Source: Eledone cirrhosa | Taxonomy: Eukaryota | Direction: 5' to 3' | NCBI GenBank assembly: GCA_964016885.1 | Contig: OZ024742.1 | Coordinates: 12,400,001-12,464,000, forward strand | Length of the DNA stretch: 64,000 bases | Part shown: piece after piece, positions 41,064 to 54,473 of the stretch | How positions within the stretch are numbered: position 1 is the first letter of the stretch | How the letters are laid out: each line of letters starts with the position of its first letter | Notes under the pieces: generated by a model | The model's database searches: none | The model's input: the letters and a program-made list of their open reading frames with translations, nothing else | Told to the model about the DNA's origin: nothing | Made by a program: the position numbers and the translations under genes

Positions 41064-42065
41064 CTCTAAACTATGAAAAATGTAAATATTTACGATAAAT
41101 ATAAAAACAACACCAACCCGATAGAAATATAAAAAGTTTAACTACATAAGTCTTAATTATTTAAGAGTTTGAAGTGAATATTTTTAGTTGGTTTGCTAGT
41201 TCCATTCTCCTTTTCAACCGTTAACATATCTCAGTGTAAATGTTTTCAAAGTAAATATAGCCCAAATCTCCAGATATATAAGATTCTAAACATGCCAATT
41301 AATTGATATGTTATACAGAAGAGGTATTACTGGAATATTTAAGTAATGAAAGCTGCATGTGTTATGATATCAGAATACACCAATGTCATAGCTGTTAGTT
41401 TAAGACAACATCTGTCTCTCATAAGAGCAATTAAAACTTTAAACCAATTATTCCGAAATTAACTCTGGTTTACCAAATGTGAGAAACTAATCATTGAGAG
41501 AAGCAAAACGTTTACAGATTAATTTATTTCAGAACAGCTTAGTATATTTCTTTTTTCTTTTGAATTGTGGAGATTGTGATGAAGCACAATGAACATAAGT
41601 AGTCAAAACACAATGTCTGACAAAATAATGACACGTCACTTAGTGGTACAGCTTGGCAGAAAGATTAACGTATTAACTGCTTTACAGTATTGAGTTATGT
41701 AAATAATTTTACGTCCTGAATTTCAAACCTGACTGGCATTGATTTCTGTTTCAACCCTCAGCAATTGACATAATAAAGTTGTACTGAATACCAGTCATAT
41801 AATACATACCTGTGTTATTAACTCCTGATTGAGTCGTAGAGGCGCCGAGTTATATATGAGGTGTTTGGTGTATTTAAACATGGCTCTCCTGGTCTTAAAA
41901 GAGCTGATGTCTTCCAGAGAAGGAGAGAGTGTGTGAGTGAGAGGGAGAGAGAGAGTGTGTGAGTGAGATGGATAGAGAGAGTGAGTGTGAGGGAGAGGAA
42001 GATTGTGTGAGTGAGAGGGAGAGAGGGAGAGTGTGTGAGTGAGAGAGTGTGAGAGGTATTGATAC

Positions 42066-43275
42066 TTTATAAACTATATACCAAGCTTTATATATACAAT
42101 ATATACACCCACACATTATATACCCACCTTTATATATACAATATATACACCCACACATTATATACCCACCTTTATATATACAATATATACACCCACACAT
42201 TATATACCCACCTTTATATATACAATATATACACCCACACATTATATACCAAGCTTTATATATACAATATATACACCCACACATTATATACACCCACCTT
42301 TATATATACAATATATACACCCACACATTATATACCAAGCTTTATATATACAATATATACACCCACACATTATATACACCCACCTTTATATATACAATAT
42401 ATACACCCACACATTATATACCCACCTTTATATATACAATATATACACCCACACATTATATACCCACCTTTATATATACAATATATACACCCACACATTA
42501 TATACCAAGCTTTATATATACAATATATACACCCACACATTATATACCCACCTTTATATATACAATATATACACCCACACATTATATACCAAGCTTTATA
42601 TATACAATATATACACCCACACATTATATACCAATCTTTATATATACAATATATACACCAACACATTATATACACCCACCTTTATATATACAATATATAC
42701 ACCCACACATTATATACCAAGCTTTATATATACAATATATACACCCACACATTATATACCCACCTTTATATATACAATATATACACCCACACATTATATA
42801 CCCACCTTTATATATACAATATATACACCCACACATTATAAACCCACCTTTATATATACAATATATACACCCACACATTATATACCCACCTTTATATATA
42901 CAATATATACACCCACACATTATATACCCACCTTTATATATACAATATATACATCCACACATTATATACCCACCTTTATATATACAATATATACACCCAC
43001 ACATTATATACCCACCTTTATATATACAATATATACACCAACACATTATATACACCCACCTTTATATATACAACATATACACCCACACATTATATAACCA
43101 CATTTATATATACAATATATACACCCACACATTATATAACCACATTTATATATACAATATATACACCCACACATTATATACACCCACCTTTATATATACA
43201 ACATATACACCCACACATTATATAACCACATTTATATATACAATATATACACCCACACATTATATACACCCACCT
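42066..43275. repeat. 42-bp minisatellite
   Basis: CTTTATATATACAATATATACACCCACACATTATATACC(CAC/AAG), about 28 copies. Confidence 0.95.
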
Positions 43276-43693
43276 TGTTGACCGTTTATCTGGACTTTTC
43301 ACCTGACATTTTCTCACCTGTCCTCCCTAGATATGTCTACTGTTTTACATAGGTGACCTTACACAGTATATGTGTCTGTGTCTGTGTGTGTGTGAACGTG
43401 TGTGTATGTGTGTGTGGTGTATGTGTGTATGGTGTATGTGTCTGTATGTGTGTGTATATATTGCGGCAGCAGTATTTTTTATTCTTATTGAAAATGAGGA
43501 AAATAAAATCTAAAATAAAAACTGAGATGAAAATAAAGAGAAATGGACAGGGGTGGGTAAAGGTAGGGGGAGGAGAGGGTGGAGGAGGGAGAGGGATAGA
43601 GGGGAGTCCTTGTCTGAATATGTCACTACCTGTAAACCAACTTTTGTATTTTATCTGATGAGAGCGTACCAAAATATTGCTACTCTTGAAATA

Positions 43694-44160
43694 TCTATAT
43701 ATCTAAAACAGATAATGTCTGTCTGTCTGTATGACTCCCTCAAACTCGAGAACCATCCAACCGATTGTTTTCAAACTTTACACATGTAATACTTATGGTC
43801 GTATGAGTGTTTGGAGCAAAAGAGATTTAAAATTTTCATTGCCCTAGGGACCGCATTAGGCGATTTAGCGATCTCTCTCTATAATTCTTAGTCTTTCCTT
43901 TTAGATAGATACATAGATATAACGTCGCGCCCTTATAATATCTGTCTGTATGTCTGGCTGTCTGCATTACAACATTACGCTATCTGTGTGTGTGTGTGTA
44001 TGTCTGTGTGTGTGTGTGTATATGTATATATAGTGTATATATATATATATAGCGGCAACGTTTTTCGAAATTTACTTCTGCGTTCACAAATTGATTTTTT
44101 TAGTTTCAGAAGATCCAGTTAAGAGTGAAAGCAGTGATTCTTTGCTTAAACTTTAATCTG

Positions 44161-44202
<42 letters not shown>

Positions 44203-44333
44203 GTGTACAGATATTTTTGCATACACAATTGCAAATATAAACAAACGTATTTATTTCACGAGGCTCGATAAATATATATCAAATATATAAAATCCTAGAG
44301 CAAATCCCGAGTAACGCCGGGCCATTCTGGTAG
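43694..44333 (+). mobile_element. Non-autonomous Helitron-like element
   Basis: A^TCTATATATCTAAAAC..(TGTC)n..CAACCGATTGTTTTCAAACTTT 5' end; 3' hairpin CCCG..CCGGG then CTGGTAG-T; internal segment shared with 20100-20210, 45880-46005 and 53270-53340. Confidence 0.7.
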
Positions 44334-44484
44334 TATATAATAAAATAAATATGGTTTTATAAAGATAGCTTCCATTTATTAATATTATTGATATTATACT
44401 CCGGAAGAAAAACTGTTGAGTGCTTCTAATCTGTTATAAATAAAATTTGTTGAATAATCAACAAATTAAATAAGTCATTGCTTA

Positions 44485-44521
<37 letters not shown>

Positions 44522-44592
44522 CCCACTCTACTATCCTGATTATTGAGTACTCTGGTGCGTTATGGTCCATCTGGGTCCTTACTGCAACTTCG

Positions 44593-44651
<59 letters not shown>

Positions 44652-44737
44652 AAAGTTCTATTTAAAGTTGTTGGGATACAACAAGTAAATATTTTTATAA
44701 CTGATATAAAGCACTCGACACATTTTTGGAGTAGATA

Positions 44738-45043
44738 TACGATATTAATAAATGGAAACTATATTTATAAAACCATATTTATTTCATTATACATTTTTCA
44801 GGGATACCACATTAAATTATGGTATGCCTTCATCAGACAAAATACAATATATAACAGTTTTACTATCCAGACAGCCTACAAAAGTAATGGTTGTATTTTA
44901 AAGGGTACGTCAAACCTATTTGTAAAACTGTTATATATTGTATTTTGTCTGATGAAGGCATACCATAATTTAATGTGGTATCCCTGAAATATGTATAATG
45001 AAATAAATATGGTTTTATAATATAGTTTCCATTTATTAATATC

Positions 45044-45046
<3 letters not shown>
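44738..45046. repeat. Foldback (~125 bp arms) with an HHR motif (44941-45000, +)
   Basis: TACGATATTAATAAATGG.../...CCATTTATTAATATCGTA; CTGATGA 44949, stem II AGG.ATACCA/TGGTAT.CCT, GAAATATGTATAAT. Confidence 0.85.
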
Positions 45047-45104
<58 letters not shown>

Positions 45105-45112
<8 letters not shown>

Positions 45113-45495
45113 TAAACGGAATAGAAAATGCTGACAAATTGTTCACAGTTGAAAAATGGTTTAATTAGGAATAAAAGAGTATTAGTGATTGTATGGGTTA
45201 GTATTCAGTTGTGGTTTTAAGTTTTTAAGTTTTTACCGGTTGCGCATTTCTAAATGCTTTTCAAAAATAATTTTGAGATAGAGTGTCCGTGCTGTTTGCT
45301 AACAGCACGGACACTCTATCTCAAAATTATTTTTGAAAAGCATTTAGAAATGCGCAACCAGTAAAAACTTAAAAACTTAAAACCACAACTGAATACTAAC
45401 CCATACAATCACTAATACTCTTTTATTCCTAATTAAACCATTTTTCAACTGTGAACAATTTGTCAGCATTTTCTATTCCGTTTACCAATATATAA
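45105..45495. repeat. Near-perfect foldback (~190 bp arms, 4-nt loop) next to (TA)n
   Basis: TTGGTAAACGGAATAG...CCGTGCTGTT-TGCT-AACAGCACGG...CTATTCCGTTTACCAA; degenerate HHR TTGAAAA-GCAT..ATGC-GCAA-CC(G/A)G-TA in the arms. Confidence 0.92.
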
Positions 45496-45523
45496 TAACT
45501 TGTGTGTTACACCTCTATTCTTT

Positions 45524-45554
<31 letters not shown>

Positions 45555-45682
45555 GAATGTATATATAGTGTATTTTGCAATACACTGTATGCTTAATTAA
45601 AAGCATTTCGAAGATCTTACGCTATTGTTTTAGAGTAGTGACAGTGTCACTTACTTCAATTTTCAGCAAACAGGGGAGATAA

Positions 45683-45727
45683 AGCTGACAGAGCTCTGTT
45701 TCGTACTTTTTGGTACTTATCAAAGCT
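45683..45727 (-). ncRNA. Hammerhead ribozyme with U3-A8 core, inside ~45 bp inverted repeats (45551-45596 / 45742-45790)
   Basis: Minus: AGCT-TTGATAA-GTAC CAAAAA GTAC-GAAA-CAGAGCTCTG-TC-AGCT. Confidence 0.8.
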
Positions 45728-46594
45728 AAACTACTCCGCCTTTAAGCATACAGTGTATTGCAAAATACACTATATATACATTCATATATATATATCGCTA
45801 TTTCAGGGCACCAATTCTAATTTTATATATATATATACATATATAATAATAATAATAAATTTGAAGACTAAAATCTAAAAGGGCCCGATAAGGATAAATA
45901 TATATCAAATATATAAGAATCCTAGCGCAAATATTTATTAATAACCGATTAAAGTTTAAGCAAAGAATCGCTGCTGTCACCCTTAGCGATTCTTTGCTTA
46001 AACTTATATATGTGTGTATATATATATTTATGTGTATATTTATATATAAAAGGGACTGATTGAAGGAGATATTAAAGAAAAGTTAGGAATGATAAGATTT
46101 TATAATCTAACTAAATATGTTATCCTTGTTCACGGTTAACAGAAGAGAAGCTTTAGAAATCCAAATATGTTGAACATCTGATTAGAGAAACCAATAGTAA
46201 CATGCTTCACTAGTCTCAGATATGTTAGACATGATATATACCTTAACACGCTTCACTAATCACAGACATGTAATACATCATATATACATGTGTGAACAAT
46301 TAAAACCACATTTTTACCCGGATACGGTTATTTCGTTATCTCACTGTCGCTTTTTTTATTTTGTTTTTTCCTTTTTTCCCTTATTTATGTTTTATTCTTG
46401 TTTTTTTTTCATTTATGTATTTTCTTCTTTTTTTCTTATTTATGTTTTTTCTCGTATTTTTTCTTCTTTACGTGTTGTTGTTTTTTTGTTTTTTTTAATC
46501 TATTTTTAAAAGCCTCTTTAAAGTTAATTAGACGGAAAATTCTGAAATGGTTCATGTAATTGTGTGGTAATCCTCCAAATGGACGCACAGTTGT

Positions 46595-46850
46595 AGTGAT
46601 GGTGGTGGTAGTGGTGGTAGTGGTGGTGATATGGTGGTGGCGGTGGTGTGTTGGGGGTTAGGGGTGATGTCGTGGTAGTGGTAATGGTGGTGGTGGTGGT
46701 CGTCGTCGTCGTGATATGGTGGTGGTGGTGGTGGTGGTGGTGGTGGTGGTAGTCGTGGTGGTGATGTTGTGGTGGTGATGTGGTAATGGTGGTGGTGGTG
46801 AGGGTGTTGGTGGTGGTGGTGGTGATGTTGTGGTAGTGGTGGTGGTGGTG
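46595..46850. repeat. Degenerate (GGT)n trinucleotide tract
   Basis: Direct inspection. Confidence 0.9.
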
Positions 46851-47404
46851 TGTTTGTCACAAGCAACATCAAGAAAGACATCATCACAGATGTACAAACA
46901 CCGATGTAGAGAGATAAGCGAGCTAAAGTCCTAGTTAACATTATATCTGACAAAAAGTTCGATTCCCAGTTATCGGTATTTCACTAAATTAATACAACTA
47001 ATGTTATTTTACCCAATTATATCGTTGGCGCATGCGTGGTAGGGAAGTTGGGAAATATCTTTAAAAACAACAACGTACTTCCGTTATTAAATACCTTTTG
47101 TTCATGAATACTAATTGATTGAAATTTCGTAAACGGAAATTTTGTGGAGTCTGTAGTGTGTACCTATATATATATGTGTGTGTGTGTGTGTGTATGTGTG
47201 TATGCACGTGTGTGTGTGTGTGTACAAGTATGTTTGTGCGTGAATGTGTGTGCGCGTGTGTGTGTGTGTATATGCGTGCGCTTGTGTGTGTGTGTATAAT
47301 GATAATTAGAATCAGTGTTGCTTGAGCGAAGCAATCGACCAACAATGCTGTAATCAGGCGGAAGCTCTCGACGTCCTCAATACCACAAGGTATTACGGAT
47401 ATAA

Positions 47405-47665
47405 TATCGGATGGAGGACGCCATGCTTTGCAGCAAAGAGTTACGGCTCTTTATGATCTGAGTTCAAATCCCGCCTTTATGATCTGAGTTCAAATCCCGC
47501 CTTTATGATCTGAGTTCAAATCCGGCCCTTTATGATCTGAGTTCAAATCCGGCCCTTTATGATCTGAGTTCAAATCCTGCCTTTCATCCTTACGGGGTCG
47601 ATAAAATAATATACCAGTAATACACTGGGATAATTACTGGCCTTGTGCCAAAAGTAGTAAAATAT
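47405..47665 (+). mobile_element. SINE with a five-fold tandem expansion of the B-box segment
   Basis: CTTTATGATCTGAGTTCAAATCC(C/G)GC x5 (47449-47582), then the normal SINE body and 3' end; degenerate copies at ~47750-47840 and ~48180-48380. Confidence 0.85.
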
Positions 47666-48075
47666 TAACAAAAGAAAGAGAGTCGGAAGTATTTTGTGAT
47701 ACAGTAAAATGAAAGTGTGAAATAGAATATTTTGTGTTATTTTTTCGGCTCTCTGATCTCTCAGTTCAATCTTACCGAGGTCAAATTTGCCTTTTATCCA
47801 TTCGAGGTCGATAAAAATGTACCAGTCAAGTACTGGGTTAGATTCTTCCTCTATATCTCTTTCTCACTTTCATTTTCTCATTCTCTATCCTTCTCTGGAA
47901 AAAATCTGTTGGAAAACATTGAGCAACGAAATAATAAAAGCAGATAGAATGATATACTTCTTCATACAAAGTCTGGACAAAAAGAAACGGTAGCGAAGTG
48001 GCAGGTTAAAAGATGCCCTAGAAATACCGTACATCAATAGGACCCACCTACAACTCCATTGGGAGTTACCGGATC

Positions 48076-48106
<31 letters not shown>

Positions 48107-48901
48107 AAGAAGAAGAAGAAGAAGAAGAAGAAGAAGAAGAAGCGAACATAACTATTATTAATAGAAACTGGGGTTGTAAGTAGTAGATTAACAGAATCAT
48201 TAGCATGTCGGGTCAAATATGAGGTATTTAGCGAGACTCTATGTTCAAATCCTGACAAGGTCAATTTAACTTTCATCTTTCCTGGTCAATGAAATAAAGT
48301 TCCACACAAACAATAGAATAGACTTCATCAACTTTCCACTTTCTCCAAATGTCTAGTCTAATGCCTAAATTAAAAACAATTATTAGGACATAGACTAGCA
48401 CTAGCCTCTATGTATCTGCTTGTAGAATATTACTTCCAGATTCGAATTCAAAAACTGCCAGAAAGAATTTAACCTACTGGCATCGGGAATAGATTTTATG
48501 CTTTTGGGGGAAACAATCTAATATATTGAACACTCACCCGATGCAGAATTGGCCTCGTGCCTAAGATAGTAGTAATATTAGTTAAGCTTCTTGTTATACA
48601 TGGTGACATTTCGCATCAAGTAAATGAATGTATTCTATCAAATTTACTATCAGATATCCAATATATTACGTTATTTATGAGAACTTATTCCATCTTCTAT
48701 ATTAAAGGGTACGGTGAAGGTGAATGGGGTAGATAGAAGACATTGTGGGCAGGCCGTTGAAGATAGAGAAAAAGAAATTACTTTCACAGTTCACTGCTAT
48801 TGATACGGGGCTTTTTTTCTCTTTCCTTCAGCCATTTGTATGCATATTAATACACATATATATACATATATATATACATATATATATACATATATATATA
48901 C

Positions 48902-49017
<116 letters not shown>

Positions 49018-49052
49018 ATATATACATATATATACATATATATATATATATA

Positions 49053-49121
<69 letters not shown>

Positions 49122-49343
49122 GCGCGAGAGAGATACATACACATATACATATTAAACTATATATATATATATATGTGTGTGTGTGTATATATATATATAA
49201 TATACATAGATAGATGGATTCATAGATATATAGAAAGATAGATTGCTGTAGACATGTCTGTGAGGTGTGTTCTGTAACACCTTCACTGGAATGCAAGTGG
49301 TTCCGTGTATGTATGAATTACATGAATGTATGTATGTGTGTAT

Positions 49344-49418
<75 letters not shown>

Positions 49419-49576
49419 TATATACATATATATATACAATCGTATCTCGTGTTGCTATATATCCTGTTAGTTAGAGAGATCAGTGAGTTCTAGAATCGAT
49501 ATCCCAGAATAGTTTTGTACACTTTGTCGCAGAATTATGACAGACCTTACGAAATAAAATATTTATACACACGCAC

Positions 49577-49736
<160 letters not shown>

Positions 49737-49813
49737 ACATATATATATGTATATATATGTGTAGAATTGAGATGGAGGATATATATATATATATATCCTC
49801 CATCTCAATTTTA

Positions 49814-49850
49814 CTTTTGAAAAGCTGAAGAACTGCGAAACCGGTAGAGG
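49814..49850 (+). ncRNA. Minimal hammerhead-like motif with U3-A8 core
   Basis: CTT-TTGAAAA-GC...GC-GAAA-CCGG-TA-GAG; palindromic ACCGGT stem III; stems are short. Confidence 0.5.
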
Positions 49851-50570
49851 AACCAAATAAATATATATTTAAAAAAAAAAACACTCCAGTTGCATTTTCG
49901 ATTTCATCTTTTTTCCTTATACTTTCACTCGTGTAGGACACCTCGTTTTTTTTCATTTTGTAAAAAAAACTCACTTTCTAATAAATATACATATATATAT
50001 ATACATATATATACATATATATATACATATATATACACACACACGCCATATAATTTTCAGTTTAACTTTATTGTTCATTATTCATTTGTTTATGAAAGTT
50101 CTTTTGTCACACATTCTGTGACTTCCTCAATGATTATCTGTTTTGTGCCTCCTCAAGACTGCATTGACTACGGTGCCCCTACGATACCATCAGGAGTTAC
50201 AGATTCATAAATATTTACATGTACATATGTTCATGTAGACTTGTTTCTTATTTCTGGCTTCCCAAGATGGAAAGCTATCCTTTGTAATGAAGTCGTGTCT
50301 CAGACATGAAATATTATAGAAAATTATGGACCCAGCTTTTGTTACAAAGGCGGCAGCCTACTCTTTGTTATATAGTCGTGTCTAAGCCATGAAAGATTAA
50401 AGAAAATTATGTGACTTAGAATATCAGAGAGCTTAAACTTTCTGAACCTATTTTAACAGCAGTGAACGTGTAGTATATGTGTGAGAGTTTCTTCGGTTAA
50501 GCTGTGCATGATTTTGACTAAGTATTGTTTGTTATGCCTCCGCTACAAATTTATATCATACATCTGTCTG

Positions 50571-50735
<165 letters not shown>

Positions 50736-50837
50736 GTGTGTGTGTGTGAGTGTGTGTATGAATCAGAAGGGACTCAGGTATTTGGGGTAGTAGAGTATGG
50801 TTATGTTATAACCATACATTTTATAATATATATATAC

Positions 50838-50980
50838 TACTAGAATCGCCCGGCGTTGCTCGGGAGTTGCTCTAGGGTTCTTATATATTTAATATATATT
50901 TATCCTTATCGAGCCTCGTGAAATAAATTTGTTTGTTTATATTTTGTTATTGAGTATGCAAAAATATCTGTACACGAATA
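50838..50980 (-). mobile_element. Helitron 3' terminus (family of 43694-44333)
   Basis: Minus: ...TTCACGAGGCTCGATAA...CCTAGAGCAACTCCCGAGCAACGCCGGGCGATTCTAGTAG. Confidence 0.75.
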
Positions 50981-51154
50981 TATAAAGTGTGTCGACTAGG
51001 GTCGTGTGCGACGCATATACCATAATTATATATATAAATAAATATAAATATATAAATCAAACATCCTGAATCATAAACTTTTTCCACTTAACTTGATGTA
51101 AAACTTCGATTATAACTTTATTAACAATGATTGTATTTATTATTTATTATATGT

Positions 51155-51336
51155 ATTGGCAGTATCGGTAGAGGGTCGGACGCCATGCTTTCCAGCATAG
51201 TTACGTCCCTTTACGATCTGAGTTCAAATCCCGCCGAGGTTGACTTTGCCTTTCATCCTTACGGGGTCGAGAAAATAAAGTACCAGTAATGCACTGGGTA
51301 ATTGCTGGCCTTGTGCCTAAAGTAGAAACAATTATA
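51155..51336 (+). mobile_element. tRNA-derived SINE
   Basis: TTGGCAGTATCGG A-box-like, GAGTTCAAATCC B-box, conserved body and tail; TTATATGTA duplicated at the flanks. Confidence 0.88.
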
Positions 51337-52081
51337 TGTATATTGACTTCCGAACAGAATACTCTATGCATATTTGGACAAATGTGTATATCTAGTATAA
51401 TAACATGCTTCTAGCTACATTTATAAGAACTTTAGATACTTAAGGACATTCTAGTGTTATAATTGTTAAATATTTTCTAAATTATATAACGATTATTATT
51501 TTTTAATTTAATTAAATTCGGATTACCTTCGGGTCAATGAAAATCTTAAGTTTTATCTTTCTCATGTTTGCAGACACTTTAAATATGATATTATACTACT
51601 ATATAGATCCTTAAAAAAATGTTTCTTGTATTTTTAAGTTATATAGATTAGATATTTGGCACTTTTATGATCGCAAACAATTTACTTTTTTACTTTTAAT
51701 CTGGTTCGTATCCTTATGATTCATGAAGTTTGATTTGTATATTTATAGTATATATGTATTATATGATCCTAATATAATAATTGACGTAAAACCTTACTTT
51801 TTAACAATATTAACAGTAACTTATTTACTATATTATATTATATTATCTTATGTATAACTGACTAATATCGTCTTGAACATTAGACAATATGCTCTTTGTA
51901 TATATTTAGACAAATGCATATATCTAATTTAATAATACCCTTTTTTAAGTTTAATTATAACGCCTTTAGATGCTTTAAGGCATTCTAATTGTTAATTTAC
52001 AATTTTTGAAGTTATAACTGTAATTATTTTCTAAATTATATAATGTCTATTATTTCAATATAAACATTTTTTTTTTAATAT

Positions 52082-52271
52082 AATTGTTTATACTTTTGGC
52101 ACAAGGCCAGCAATTATCCCAGTGCATTACTGGTACTTTATTTTATCGACCCCGTAAGGATGAAAGGCAAAGTTAACCTCGGCAGGATTTGAACTCAGAT
52201 CATAAAGCGAGGTAACTCTATACTTCAAAACATGGCGCCCGACCCTCTACCGATACTGCCAATCCACCGCC
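52082..52271 (-). mobile_element. tRNA-derived SINE with TSD
   Basis: Same family; flanked by CATTTT(T/G)TTTT..AATATAAT duplication. Confidence 0.88.
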
Positions 52272-53120
52272 ATTTTGTTTTAATATAATATAAGATAATA
52301 TAATTTAATATGGATTACCTTCGTGAAGATGAAAAATATTAAGTCTTCCTTCTCATGTTTGCAAATACTTCAAATATGATTTTATAAATTAAATATGATA
52401 GTATACTTTAATATTAATAAAGATATTTATAAACCTTTATAGCCTGAAATATTATACATTTTGATTAATTCATTATTCTGAACTAACATAAATAAATGAT
52501 TTGAAATTTAACGTTCAGCCGGATACGTTTGGATATATATAGTGTATATAATTAATTGTTAGTATATTTCTAATTAACTAAGGACTCGAAATTTACACAC
52601 AGATATATTTCATATTTAGATTGATGGATACCTCTAGATAATTCAATAATTCCAAAATTCGAGTTTACTTTTTCACAAAGCTATGCCTAAATGTATATCC
52701 ATGTGTTTGTATAGATATATATAATGTTTGCATTATCTAATCACACCCTATTCATGCACGACAATACAAACCTCCCTCCCTATGCTTTATACTATAACAA
52801 TTATTACTTCTTGTCTCTCTATCCTTGATCAATTCTCTTTTGCTTTCTATACTTCTAGTAACTATATTTTCTCCTCATCTGTTTCTCTCTGTCTTTCTTC
52901 TTTCTTCTTTCTTCAATAATTTAAATTATTTGAACCTCTAACAGTTATGTAAATTGCTATTATGTATTTTTAAGCTTTCTCACACGCACCCTCTGTATTA
53001 TATATATATTTTTTCATGTCCCAATCTTAAGGTATATAAATATTGAGTTTTGTCATATCTTATTCACTACCATGACTGAATCTTAACCATCTACTATGCC
53101 AGGGTATTTCATGCATCATC

Positions 53121-53188
53121 TTATTTTATCTGATGAGGACGTACTGTTGAAGTTAGCTCAGTACCTCTGAAATATGTATAATAAAATA
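53121..53188 (+). ncRNA. Hammerhead-like motif (family of 44941)
   Basis: TTTTAT-CTGATGA-GGAC GTACTG..CAGTAC CTCT-GAAATATGTATAATAAAATA; followed by (TA)n. Confidence 0.6.
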
Positions 53189-53229
53189 TACTTGATCACA
53201 CGAATGTCTATTTTTGTTAATATTTTGAA

Positions 53230-53273
<44 letters not shown>

Positions 53274-53507
53274 TAACCGTTAAAGCAACGAATCGGTGCT
53301 TTCACCCTTAACGGGATCTTCTGAAACTAAACCGACGAATGCGAGAAGGTTCTGAAAGAAAGTTAACCAGGAATCTTTGAAATTCTTCCCACCGAAGTTA
53401 AAAAAGAACTTACTAGATCTACCAACTCATAATATTATAATACGATAAAATTAAATCAATTTAGAAGTACAAGTGAAGTCATTCTTTTCCATTTTTTTAA
53501 ATTAATG

Positions 53508-53540
<33 letters not shown>

Positions 53541-53552
53541 CTGTGTGTGTGT

Positions 53553-53644
<92 letters not shown>

Positions 53645-53721
53645 GTAAGTTTCGAAACAGTGAGCGAGTTTGAAATTAGAAATATAAGCTTTCACCGTAT
53701 TTTTGACTAAAGAAATTTTTA

Positions 53722-53791
53722 GCCATATGGTGTAATGGTAGCACAGTGGTCTTGTTAACCAAAGATGTGGGTTCGACTCCCATGTACGTCA
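53722..53791 (+). tRNA. tRNA-Thr(TGT)-like sequence, probably a pseudogene
   Basis: A-box TGGTGTAATGG, D-stem GTGT/GCAC, anticodon arm TGGT-CTTGTTA-ACCA, T-arm GTGGG-TTCGACT-CCCAT; acceptor stem only ~5/7 paired; T5 run downstream. Confidence 0.55.
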
Positions 53792-53925
53792 ATACTTATC
53801 TTTTTCCATTTCTCTGAGTGTTCTAAACCCAACTATCAGGCTAAACATTTCTTTAGTCAAAAATAAGGTGAAAGCTTATATTTCTAATATATATCTATAT
53901 ATTCACAATAATTTCTATACTTTTC

Positions 53926-53961
<36 letters not shown>

Positions 53962-54013
53962 CTCCTACCACTTGAAGAGACCTATAAATACCATACTTAT
54001 TTTTTGATACCCA

Positions 54014-54057
54014 GATTCCTGATGAACAGAATGAAACAGTTCTAGTCCTGTAGAATC
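54014..54057 (+). ncRNA. Hammerhead motif with stem II deleted (family of 2223 and 25697)
   Basis: GATTC-CTGATGA-ACAGAAT-GAAA-CAG TTCTAGTC CTG-TA-GAATC. Confidence 0.65.
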
Positions 54058-54070
54058 ACATCTATATTAA

Positions 54071-54118
<48 letters not shown>

Positions 54119-54473
54119 CTTAATTAGCGACAGACGTCTAGGCTTCTGTGTCATTGCACCATTTGTAACGCAGACTTTGTTCTTTCTATCTGGGCAACTA
54201 TTTATCTAAATACTTTACTACACCCCGCCTTCTTTGTCTCTCTACCTGTGTGTGTGAGTGTACATGTGTGTGTGTGAGTGTATGTGTGTGTGTGTGAGTG
54301 TGTATGTGAGTGAGTGTGTATGAAATATTTGAGATAAACCTTCCTGTTACCTAGAAATTATTTAATTACTAAAATAAAAGTTGTTTGTAAAGTCTCTTTT
54401 AAATTTCCTCATTGTATATTTCACTTCGTTGGTTTCTAAATTTTAGTAGAACTGTTCATCCTTTAATTGATCT

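Noticed and set aside
45105-45495. Classical MITE/Foldback DNA transposon interpretation of the hairpins
   Set aside because: Not excluded, since TA flanks could hide a TA TSD, but there are no shared TIR ends and the embedded HHR motifs favour a Penelope-like origin
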